Shown: positions 1 through 12,400 of the stretch, piece after piece | Numbering within the stretch: the stretch's first letter is position 1 | Layout: every line of letters begins with the position of its first letter | NCBI GenBank assembly: GCA_016748015.1 | Contig: JAAOMT010000664.1 | Location: 1,121,518 to 1,185,517, forward strand | DNA: 64,000 bases | Direction of reading: 5' to 3' | Origin: Geosiphon pyriformis uo1 | Taxonomy: Eukaryota; Fungi; Glomeromycota | Notes under the pieces: generated by a model | Seen by the model: the letters and a program-made list of their open reading frames with translations, nothing else | Databases searched by the model: none | What the model was told of the DNA's origin: nothing | Made by a program: the position numbers and the translations under genes

Positions 1-3000
1 TATTGCCAATTAAATATTATTACTATAAGAGATATATACTTACTCCTCAAAATTAATACAATGTTAAACAAATTCAATGGTGTTGCCTTTTTTTCAATTA
101 TTAACTTAACTGTTGGATTTTGGCAAATAAAGATGAATTCAGAAAGCAGAAAGAAAACTGTCTTTATTATCAAGTATAGTATCTATAAATTTACAGTTAT
201 GTTTTTTGGTTTTACTAATGCCTTTTTCATTTTTTAATACTTAATAGACAAAGTGTTTAAATCAGTAAAAGAAAACTTTGTTCTAGTCTATTTGAACAAC
301 ATAATAGTATACTCAAAAACTTGAAATAAACATTTAGAATATTTACAAAAAGTTTTTGACTTTCTTAGAAATACTGGCCTTAAGATAAATCCAATTAAAT
401 CTTTCTTTGAACAACAATCTACCTAGTTTTTTGGTCATTTTATTACAAAGATGAAATCTTTCTTGATCCAGCTAAAGTTAAAAAAGTTCAGAACATTAGA
501 CAACTAATAAATATTCTTAAACTATATTCTTTCCTTGGTTTGGCTTTTTACTATTATAAATTTATTAAAGATTTTTCTAAAATTGTTTTTTTTCTTAATC
601 AACTACTCAGAAAAAATGTCAATTAATATTGAAACACTTATCAACAAAAAGCCTTTGAAACTTTGAAGAAAAAACTTGTTACTAAACCAATTCTTAAACA
701 ACCTGATCTGGACCAACTTTTTATTTTATACATTAATACATCTGGCTATGAATTTGGCACTGTCTTCTTATAAAAAAATGAAAATAACAGGAAACATATT
801 ATAGTATATGTCAGTAAAACCCTCACACTAACAGAAAAAAATTATTCAAGAATGCTTAACAGTAATTTGAATTACTAGTTATTAGAATTAATATCTTCTT
901 GGTGTAAAATTCTTAGTGATAACAAATTATTAAGCTTTGGTTTGACTGCACAATAAAAAAAGCTGAAACACAAACAAATAACTTACTAGATACTCCACCT
1001 AGATGAATTTGACTATAACATTCAATATTACAAAGAAGCTAATCATTAAAATGCCAATGCTTTCTTTAGACTTATCATCCAATGACAATACAATTTTTTC
1101 AAACCAAACTAACTTAATTATTAGTAAACAAACACAATAATGAACTTGGATAACTACTTTGCATTAATGAAATTTTTGAATAAAAAACAATACTTATCAA
1201 ACTACATTTAACAGCAAAAAAAACATTTGTGCAAACAATTAAATTTCCACCAAAACCAACTTTACAAAAAAAACAGAAAAGATTCTAACTACTTCTAAAG
1301 AGTTATAAGATTTGAAAAAAAAAAATTGTGATCTACAACATACATATTAATCTATTAACTAGACACTTTGAAAAAACAAAAATAATTCAGAAAACTTTAG
1401 CTCACTATTATTAGCCTACTTTAGAAAAAAACATTGCTGAGTACATTAAAACCTGTGATATCTGCCAAATAAAAACCCTCCAATCACAAAGAAGATATCC
1501 ATCCAATTTCTGTTAGTCAACCATTTGATAGAATTGGTATAGATATTGTTGGATCTTTAACAATAATTTCTGATGACAATAGATATATTATTATAGCTAC
1601 CAACTATTTTATAAAGTGGGTAGAAACAAAAACCACTTCAAACCAAATAGTAGTCTCAATAACCAATTTCATTTATGAAAATATCATTTATCATCATAAT
1701 TGTCTCAAAGAATTTTTATCTGATAGAGAAAAAGCTTTTCTCAATACACTTGTTAAAAAACTTTGTAGAAAAATAGAAATATATCATAAACTTTTTTTTC
1801 TTACTACTTCTAAACAAATAGTCTAATAGAATATTTTAATAGAACACTATGTGAAATTTTAACCAAAACCAGTGAAGAAACAAACTTATGAAACAAAGTA
1901 CTGCCTTCAGCTTTGTTTGCTTATAAAATTGTAAATTATAACATAACAAATTATGAATCTTTTTATTTGTTCTATGAATACATGGCAACACTATTAATAG
2001 AAACTGACATTGAAACAATACTCTTTAAAGAAATTACAATAAGAAATTATAAAAACATTTTGCAAAAAAAACTTGGTACCATTTTTAATTTATTGGTAAA
2101 AGCATGAATAATTGCCTTTAAAAAGATAAAACAGTTTCAAGAAAAGCTTAAGAAAAAGAAAACTTATAAAACATTTTCCTTAAGTATTAGTGACTTAGTA
2201 TTGAAATACTGCTCAAACAGAGACAATATCTATGGTAATAAATTTTCTAGCTGGTGGAAAGAATTTTTTTTAGTCAACAAAGTTTTGAACAATAGTTTTT
2301 ATATTCTACAAGATTAATATAAAACAATCTTTAATGATCATTCTGTTTATAATACACGATTCAAGAAATATCACAAATGATCTAATTAGTTGTCTGTTAT
2401 AGTAATACTAACCCAAATAATTAGCAAAAATCAAGTATAAATAAATGCATTATTTCTAAAACAGAGGTATTTTCAATCAACATAAACAATTATTTTCTGA
2501 ATCAAAACATTTAAAACATTTTCTATACTCTTTATAAATATTAGATCAAAAATTATCCAAATGCTATTTTGACCATTGAAAAACAGACCACTATAACTGA
2601 TAACTATAGAACACATACTATTATTAGACCAAAAAAAACAATTACTAAAAGAGAAAGAATTGGTAGCAAAATAAATAAATATCTGTTGAAAAGTATAACA
2701 GCAGCAATACTTTTACCTTCCAGCACAATTGAAAAAACAATCTAAAAAATCTTATCTATAGACAAAAACTTGTCATATAGAAAATAATTAAAACTCTATG
2801 ATTACCTTTGTTAAATCATAAAAGATATAAAACTCATAAAGAAAACAACTTTAAAGATCCAAGTAAAAATTTTGGATATTATACAGTTAGATATTTCAAG
2901 AGTTTTGACTATTGCTAAAAGAGCCAAAACTTTTATACAAAGATTTAGTTTCTTAAATACAAAACTCATTTTGTTTCAAGTATTATATACTTTATTCATA

Positions 3001-3794
3001 AAAGACTTTAATAAACTAGTTAGTTTTGAGTTAGACAAAACTTTTCAAATAGATTATTCTATAAATAGCTTAATTTTGCTGAAGCTTAATCTTTTTGGAG
3101 AAGATAATATTATGATTGAAACTCATACTTTTTATTAGTTATCACATGTATTAACTATTGATGTTATATAATTAGCCACCCTATTTTTAAATAGTGATCA
3201 TTGACTTAATTAATGATCTAACTATTAACCTAATTAATAACCTGGTCATTGATCATTTTCAATAGCTATATAAGTAATAAGTTTCTTAACTGTAGAAAAA
3301 TATGATCAAAGTAACAAAATAAAACTTATTATCAATTACTTCTTCTCATATTGCTTATTCTCTTTTCCTTATCTTCAAGTATTTGAATATTTTGAAATAA
3401 AAAATTACTTGTTGGTATTTACATATCTTATTTTTTTTTCTTCTTGATTTGTATTATTAGAATTAGTCTGAGAAGCAATTACTTGCTCTTGTAATTCATT
3501 AAATAAACAAATAATTAAAAAGCACAACAATACCTGTTATTGATTCTAAAAATTGCCAAGTTGAGGCATAGAATAATAGCAGTGGTGTTATCTTATGACA
3601 ATTACAAACTATTCCTTTATTTTCAGATTTCCAGGAAAAATTTGTGACTGTAATTTTTATAAGACTAATTATGCATATTGAATTTTTACTCATTCAATTC
3701 ACTCTTTTATTGTAATTTTCTTTTTGATTATTCTATTATCTTACAATTTTGTTCTTTCTTGCTATCTATTAACTTGTTACTCTAACTTATAACA
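1..3794 (+). mobile_element. Ty3/Gypsy LTR retrotransposon C, decayed, 5' part outside the window (RT-RNase H, integrase, ORF3, 3' LTR)
   Basis: Decayed RT motifs (FSIINLTVGFWQI; YLNN for YLDD near 288), RNase H, integrase (PFDRIGIDIVG near 1521), purine tract near 3097-3107, then an LTR ending TAACA at 3794. Confidence 0.9.
3108..3794 (+). repeat. 3' LTR of Gypsy C
   Basis: Starts T(G>A)TTATG after the PPT and ends TAACA; both ends match the reverse complement of 4500-5165. Confidence 0.85.
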
Positions 3795-6700
3795 ATATTA
3801 TAACATTAAAAAAAAATTTTAATATAATATTAACATTATTACATAAATAAAATAAAACTTATAAGAGACTAATTATAATTAAAATAGAATATTAACATTT
3901 AATATACCAAAAAAACCAATTTATAATACTATTACTAAAGCAATATTTTATAAAATATTACTTAAAAAAACATATAAGTTAATAAAAATTTTAAAAAACA
4001 AAAAAAAACCAATTTAAAATATTAAACAATTACAAAAACAATAAAAAATAAGATATAATAACCAGTTATCAAATAATATAGTTAACTATAAAATTAAAAA
4101 CAAAGTATTATTATATTATATTAAAATCAAAAAACAATGAAATAAAAAGTTTAATTACAAGTAAAATAAATTATTTTTATTTATAAAATACTTAAAAATA
4201 GATTATAGAAGTTAAAATTAAATAAAAAAAATATTAAAAAAACCAGTACATGATAATTAACTAAAATTATATCATAATAAATTAATAATAATAACACAAA
4301 TACTTAGAATTAAAACATAATTATAATTAATATTATCAGATCAAATTTTATAAAATAGTTTTAATTAAACATTATTTAAAAAATAATTAATCTTAGATTA
4401 CATTAAAACAATTTTACAAATATATAAACTTATATAAAAAAATCTAAAACAATTAAAAATTAAAATAATAACATATATTTTAAAAAAAATTAACAATATT
4501 GTTACAGGTTGAAATAACAAACTAACAAATAACAAGAAAGAATAAAATTGTAAAATGATAAAAAGAATCAAAGAGAATTTAACTTCAAAGAGCAAATTAA
4601 ATAAGTATAGATTCAATATATGAGATTAGTCTCATAAAATATCTCAGTCATTATACTTTTTAAAAGATAACTAAAGAATCTGAAGATAGAAAAATAGTCT
4701 GTACTGTCAACAAATAATCACATCTGGTATAATTCTATGCCTCATGTCAGTACTCTTAAAATTCAATATCAAGTATTAAATGTACTTTTCAGTCATATTT
4801 TATTTAATAATTTTAAAATACTACAATTATATATTTCAGAAAAAAGGTAGAAAATAACTAACAAGTAATTTTTTATTTCAAAATATTCAAATACTTGAAG
4901 ATAGAGAAAAAAAATTAGCAATAAGAGAAGAATTAAGATGAAAGTTGTTATTTTATTTATTTTATTTTCTTGATTTTTGACATGCTTTTCTACAATTAAG
5001 AGATTTATTGCTTATAAAGCTATTAAAAATAGTTAATAATTAGATCAATAATTAGGTCAACAGTCAGGTTATTAATCATTATCTAAAAATAGAGTGGCTA
5101 ATTATGTAATATCAGTGGCTAATACATATGATAATTAATAAAAAGTATGAGTTTTAATCATAACAATATAATTTAATAATTAATTAAAAGTTTGTAATAA
5201 TTAAATTCAAATTTAGAAATTATAATTAATAATTTCAAAATAATATACATAAAAATCATAGTTTTAAATTATATATTATTACTTTTAAAAAATTTAGAAA
5301 TATAATTAAACAATATATTAATAATAATAATAATAATAATAAAATTAATGCTAAGTATATTTCAAAGCTTAAAAACAAAATTTCCAATTAATTATTGTTA
5401 TTACTAATTAGAAAAACACTTAAATATACAAATTTATATTCAAAAAACTTAATTAAAATATTTAACAAAACAATAATACAATAGTTAAAAAGTTTTATTA
5501 AAAAAATACTTTAAATGATTATAAAAATAATTTTAGAAAAAATTTCAATAGTACCAAATAGAATTTAGATTAATTTTTAAGAAAAAATACATAATATATA
5601 CAAAAATTAAAATTTAAGAAATTATTTATATTATAATATTAACAAAAAAGTTTTTAATATAATATTATTATTATTATATAAATAAAATTAAAAACTTATG
5701 AGAAATTAATAATAAATAAATTAAAAATATTAATAATTAATATACTAAGTAAATATTTTTGTAATAATATACAATTATAATTTTTAAATTTTCAAAACTA
5801 TTTAAATTTTTTTCTTACAACTAAAAATCAATATACTAATAATAATTTAAGATTAAATAACAATAATATTGTTTTACTTGTTATTATTATTTAAGATAAT
5901 ATTTTTGTTATTGTTTTTTTTAATTTAAAAAACAAAACAAGCAAATTACTATTTAATAAGATTATTTTAAATTTTACAAACCAATTATTATTAAATTAAT
6001 ATCAAAATTAATGGCCAAATTATTAAACTTATTTTTAACAGTAATTTAACAAACAGTATTATTAAACAGTTTATAAACCAATTAAATTACCAAGTTAATT
6101 AAGCTATTAATATATGTATTACTATTGTTAATAAAGTCATTAAAATTTTAATTAGTAAAATTAACAACTTTTCTTTTAAAATATTAATAATAAAAATTCC
6201 ATAATATTAAGCATTTATTAATAATAATTGGTTGTTTAAAATTAATATTATATATAACTAAAATACACAAAAACTTTAATTAAATTACAATAAATATTAT
6301 ATATATATATTAACAATTTGTAAATATTTTAAAATCATTATTACCAAAATATTTTTTATTAAATTAAAAGAAAAAAAAACTTTATAATTAAAAATTATTA
6401 ATTAATAATTACAATATTAATTTGTTATAACTATTAACTTAGAAAAATAAAAATAAAAAAAACTACAAATTAATACTTTTATTTATATTTTATTAAACTA
6501 AAAAAACATATTAATAATTTTTTATCAATATAGAATTCCAAAAAATCCAAATTATTAATGTTTAAATTTTATCTATATTAATTATAAAAATATAAAACAA
6601 TATTTTTAACCAAAATAATATGTAATAAATTGTGTTAATATATAATTCTTATCAATAATTAAGTAAGAAAAAATTTTTTTTATAGTTATTTATAATTGTG

Positions 6701-7150
6701 ATTTTTTTGTTTAAATAATTGTTTATATAATAAAAACAAAATTTAATAAATAGTTATAATCAAAGTAAATAATACTATATCAACACAAATTTTTATGATT
6801 AAAATATTTTTGTTAACAATTTAAATAAAGTTTTATCTTTTATAAATAATTTAGATAACTTTTATAAATATTATTAGACATTAATACTAACAAAAAAAAC
6901 AAAAACAAAAACTTATTAATTTAAATTTCTAATTATGTAAATATTATTTAATTTCTTATTAATTTTAATATTATAATAAATATAATTTTGTTCATAAATT
7001 ATTATGTGTTTTTGTTATTTAATTAAATATTATATTTTTATTAAATATAACTAAATAAAATTTACAGCCATTTATATTTTTTTATAATTATTTACTAATA
7101 AACTAAAAATAAATAAATATGTAATTTATAATAAGATATAAAAAAAACAA
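3795..7150 (+). mobile_element. Ancient, extremely AT-eroded Gypsy relic (gag/protease/Cys-rich region), interrupted by a solo LTR
   Basis: 6005-6300 is a C>T/G>A-eroded version of the protease block KVNGHSIKLILDSGSAGSII seen in A, B and D; 6890-7000 matches the Cys-rich domain of A (13120-13220). Boundaries are uncertain. Confidence 0.7.
4500..5165 (-). repeat. Solo LTR of family C, inverted orientation
   Basis: TGTTA...TAACA termini, 4-bp TSD atat (4496-4499 and 5166-5169), reverse-complement similarity to 3108-3794. Confidence 0.85.
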
Positions 7151-7151
7151 G

Positions 7152-8527
7152 TTTTTTTTTTTTTTTTTATTAATTAATGAGTGCAGCTCAACTACTACCT
7201 AAGTATATAAGATTAAATAGAATTCTAAATTAAGTGTGGCTCATGTTTTTTTTACACGTAACCAGCCATTTAGGCCAGTCAAGGCAATACTACACATCTA
7301 AACTACTTATCACAAAGAAGTTACACAGAAAACTGAAATACATACTTGTCAATCCAGAATGTAAGCCAAAACACACATAAATACCTAATCTAATACCAAA
7401 ATCACAAATCTTCTTACAAGACTACCAAGAGGCCAATCCAGAAATGGCTGATGCCACAGATCCATTCTTTGGCAAAAGACTATGCTTTTTATAATATGCT
7501 TTCAGCCTGGTATTTGGAATTCAGATAATAGATCTGTGGCTTTCAGCAAAGTTACAGATTATATTGATAACCAATGACCTCCTATTAGACCCAGGATTTA
7601 ACATATTTATAGTGTCATTTACCCAATTTTTTACCACAAAACTCTTGGCTAAAGCCATATACAAGTGATTAGACAATTCAGCCATATGCAGGGATTGAAC
7701 CACAGTACATTCAGTATAGCCAATGCCTAGCACAGCAGTCTAAGTGCTGACTATATTAGATATTAACTTCCTCTTGGCATTAGAGTTCTTTTCACATAAA
7801 AACACATGATTAGAATCATCAGTCAGACTACAGTAGATGCACAAAATGCTAGGATAATTTGACTTGTACAATCTTTTCTTTTTAGCAGTAGACAGCTAAT
7901 GGTATAAGGTCTTTATAAAATAAGACCTGAGCACTACAGAGGCAAAGCTAGAAAAGCCTAAGCAAATGCTACTATCTAGATGTCAAACTTTGAATGTTTG
8001 GTGCATATCAAAATACATATTGAGATTAAGATCCACAGCATTTCTTACACACCTAGATTCCTATTCAACAAAATTAACTGCATCAAACAGATGCCTTACA
8101 AAGTGATGAGCATTACCAGAGACAGGTCTGCCTTTGACAGCAAGAAAGTGATACATTATACTGACAGACAGCACAAACTTTGAATTGGTGGCAGCATCTG
8201 CAAAAAAGTCAGCATGCTCATTACCAATAATCCCAGAGTGACTTTTAATCTTGACTCAAGCAACTGACAGATTCTTTGAAGCAACAGTAGAATGGATGTG
8301 TTTTTTCTCAATCCAGCACTTTGTGTGAAAGTCAGAGTCAACAGAATGGTCTAAAGAAGCACACATATCCAAAGAAGCCTGGCTATCCATGTATAAAACC
8401 ACAGAACTCGAAGCAGAAACACAGTCTAAAGTGAGAGCAATAGTCCGCAGTTCTGCAAAAGTTGAAGACAGCAGACTATAAACTCTAATACCTACATCTA
8501 AGTTGACACATGGGAAGTAAGTAGCAG
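7152..8527 (-). mobile_element. LINE copy 1, 3' segment (RNase H, C-terminal CCHC finger, 3' UTR, poly-A)
   Basis: Poly-T at 7152-7168; AELRTIALTL...YMDSQASL RNase H motifs in ORF 8256-8588; colinear with the 3' end of LINE copy 2. Confidence 0.9.
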
Positions 8528-9406
8528 TATTACTCATAGAATATAGGAAATATATATTAGCATAAATTAGCCAATCAGAAACAGCCATAGTAAATGTAAA
8601 ATTCCAGGATTTCTCTTAGGAGAAATCGCAGAATTCCAGGAATTTCAGAATTCTCATACAAGGAATCGCAGGATTCTAGAATTTCAGAATTTCTCTCAAG
8701 AGAAATTGCAGGATTTCAAGAATTTCAGGATTTTTGGTGTGAAAAATTAAGGAATTGAAAAATCTCAATTATATATATATAGCAGTAGTACTAGAAGTAA
8801 AAAAGACAGAATCCGAGAGTTAGAGACCTCCCAGTTTAGATTTAAATCTAAGCAAAACTTCCACATTATCAATAAATAATTATTCCATATCTTTAATCCA
8901 CTTTTCACTATCAACATTTCATGTTAATAACAATTGATACTTAATCACACTGGAACAATAGCTCTTGATTATGGCTATTAACAGAATACTAACTTGCAAA
9001 ATCACCTTGGCTTATTTCTTTTTTTTTCTTTTTTTTCTTTTTTTTTGTTATTTCTTTTGTTATTTACTAAATTGATTAGGAAGTAAGTGCTAAAGTATTG
9101 ATGTCACAGATAGTCTGGTAAAAAACCCAGATATAAAAGTAAGATTATATATATATTAACAGATAGCTTACCAAAAGGGCATGACTGCTAGATTAAACCA
9201 GCCACCACGCTGAAGACAGAAATTGGGAAAACCACTGGAGGAAGTAACCAAAAACAACTATAGTAAATCTCTGTCTATTATACAAAGAACTTTGCAACAA
9301 ACCTTCAGATCTACCAAACTTTCAGACATCAACATTAGAATACCAAACCAGCACCAAGTTACAGATTTGTTATTTGCTTTGAGACTCCAAATAATCATCT
9401 GTAATA
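8528..9406 (+). repeat. 5' LTR of Gypsy A (~880 bp)
   Basis: Direct repeat of 17822-18700; termini mutated from TGTTA to TATTA and TAACA to TAATA. Confidence 0.95.
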
Positions 9407-9408
9407 TT

Positions 9409-9425
9409 TGGTGCTCCTTGTGAGG
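9409..9425 (+). promoter_or_regulatory. Primer binding site of Gypsy A (TGGTGCTCCTTGTGAGG)
   Basis: TGG-initiated, 2 nt after the LTR end, complementary to a tRNA 3' CCA end; similar sequence at 23936 in B. Primer tRNA not assigned. Confidence 0.85.
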
Positions 9426-9468
9426 TATAATTTTACAGAGAACCAGCACCAACAGCAATCATCTAAAA

Positions 9469-12400
9469 GTGGCAGAATCAGAAATCATAGGGACAAACCA
9501 TTTAGAATTCGCCAAATTCTTGTTTCAACAGTACAGTCAACAATTAGGATTAAACAATAATCATTTCCCAGTGGAATCAGCCTTTAACTTCTACATTAAT
9601 GATAAAATCACAGACTGCTTAGGAGGAACAGTTGACATTGAATTCACAAGAAAAAACTTCTATACAGAATTGTTTCAACATACCAGCTTACCAAGAAACT
9701 ACAGTTTTGTATCAATTATCAGAGAAATCAATCAAACTATTAAAAAGTACACACAACAACATTTCTTATCACCTATGCAGACAAAAGCAAAGAAAGGTTG
9801 CAAACATCAGCAGTAATACCAAAACAAATACAACCACCCACTTAGAAAAAAACCAAAGTTAAATCACCAACAAATCCATCATACTATTATACACCTGGAA
9901 GTGCCATTAACATCACATCAACAGACACATTCACATCAACTATGACATCAACATTTAGACAATTTCCATTTCAAAGTAAACAAAGGAAAGAAAATCTTCT
10001 AGGACCATATGGTGCATATTTTAAAGGATTCAAGTTATGATCGCCAATACCATTAGGACTTTGATCTTTGCCACCCCAATCCGATTTCAGAACCACAAGT
10101 TCTTGGAAAATAACGGAATCAGAAAGAGAACAGGAAGAAGAAAAAGAAAAATCTAAAGATCAAGAATTTACTTACCAGAACCCGATTCTAGAAAACCTGG
10201 AAATTAAAACCCCAAATCTACAAATTCAGCAAAATCTAAACTTAGAAAATCTGAAAATCAGAACTCCAAATATTTAAACACTGCCAAATCAAAACAATCC
10301 AAACTCCAAGTTAATTAATTAGCAAAACTTACCTCCAATAATTGTTATTGATTAGCCACCAGCTAAACCAATCCAACCACAACAAATATTACTACAGAAA
10401 CCACAACAGCTGTTTCAACAGTCACAACAACAACTTCAACAACCAAACTTGGATCCAATGGTCTATGCTCCAATAGCAAAACTTGAGAAATTTACCAGCA
10501 AAAAAGATGATGCCCAAATATGGCTTAATGCCATTGAAAAAGCCATTGCGGTCAACAGATGGAACAATAAGAGAGCACTCCAAGCCATCCCTTATTTCTT
10601 ACAGGATACCACCAACTTATGATATTAAAGCTTAGTTACCAAACCCCAAACATTCCAGGAATTTAAAATCACATTCTTGAGATACTTCAGTAATAATAAT
10701 AGCATTAACTGATTGACAAACACTTTTACTACCATCAAGCAAGAAGAAAATGAAACAGTCACTACTTACTTAGGATGCTTCCACAGAAATTTGCGCCAAA
10801 TCCAGATTATACAGACTGATTATTTCACAGTGCCACAAATTTTGAATCAATTTATTAGAGGCTTGTGCAGCAACATCCTTTAACACATACGCCAAATGCA
10901 TTCAGCAGACCTTTAAACCACAGTTACAAACACCAGAGATTTTGAAGCAGCTGAACTCAAAGCCAACCATGTCCAAGCCATAAACCTAGTGATGAATGAA
11001 TTATCTGACTTGGATTTCAAACTGAAGCAATTAAGCAACTCACTCAATCAGAAATTAGAAGGGTACTTAGCTAACAACAATCAAGCCATTTATCAACCTT
11101 CCCAATGATGCAACAATCAGGAAAATGGAAATCAATTTCAAAATCAGTCACATCTAGCATCTTTTGCAACTAATCAACAGTGGCAGCAGGAAACACATGC
11201 TTGTCACTATTGTGGTAAACAAGGCTATTTACAAATTGATTGCCATCAATGTTTAAATAACCAATGATCAGGAAATTAATATCAAAATTCCAATCACCAG
11301 ATTCAAATTCCAAATTATTAATCAAATCCAGCTCTATATCAACCAAATTATCTACTGATGACACAGTCGTTGTATCAAACCCCAATGACGCAGCAATTAT
11401 ACTTACCTCCAGTCTATCAGCCTATAGCATTAATTTATCAACCACAGTCCCAACCCATTTATTAGCTGCAGCCTCAAATAATTTATCAGTCCCAACAAAA
11501 TCAAATACTGCCCCAAAACTTATCTCAAAATAGAACCCAAAGGCCGAGACTGACACAACAAAGCTGGAGATTGTTGATGGTAGTTCATCAACCAATCTCC
11601 AGTTCCTCGAACCAGCCATCAGGATCTAAACAATAGAATTCAGGCACTAAATACACCCAAAACCCAAATTTCCAACACTATTTAAGTCTTTTGGTTATTC
11701 CAAAAGACGTCCAACCCAATAATCCAAAAACCAACCAACAACTAACACTTACTAGCAACATTCTACCAGCTACCATTACTGAAAATAAATCACTAGACAC
11801 CATCTTCCTGTTCGAACTTGAAAAACTGTCAGCCACACCATTGTTTAGTAGAGCCACCCTTGAAAAAAAACCTATTACTGCCATGTACACTAATGTCAAA
11901 GTCAATGGTCACTCCATCAAACTAATTTTAGACAGTAGATTAGCTGGCAGCATTATCACAAGACAACTCATGAACCAATTAAGTCACTGAGTTGATTGAG
12001 CTGCCAGTGCCAGAATCATAACAGCCAATAAAGTGACCAAAACTCCAATCGGCAAGATTGACAATCTACTCATTGAAATCAATGACAACATAGTATTCAT
12101 TAAAGTCCTAGTAATGGAAGCAACACAATATCAAGCACTAGTTAGAAATAACTGGCTACTCAAAACAAATGCTGTGCTAGACTGGAACACATAAGAGCTT
12201 CAACTTAGCCAGAACAGTCGACACACCCATGTACCAGTCATGTGTGGTTATTTCAAGACTACCAAAACACCAACACCACTTATTGAGTTTGAGGAAGAAG
12301 AAAAAAAACCTACCTGGGAAGCTTATCAAGTGTCATGGGCTGAAGGAGACCACAACAAATTATGATCAATACTCTCTTAGAATGACAACAGAAAAAGAAA

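Noticed and set aside
8595-8770. Short palindromic repeats as a CRISPR array
   Set aside because: There are no unique spacers or cas genes; the repeats are contiguous, lie inside LTRs and are in a eukaryotic context.
9105-9195. Hairpin, hammerhead or twister ribozyme in the LTRs (AGTC...AGAA resembles hairpin loop A)
   Set aside because: By eye the helix register and loop B consensus do not fit, and no CUGAUGA/GAAA core was found. It is kept only as an unassigned structured motif.
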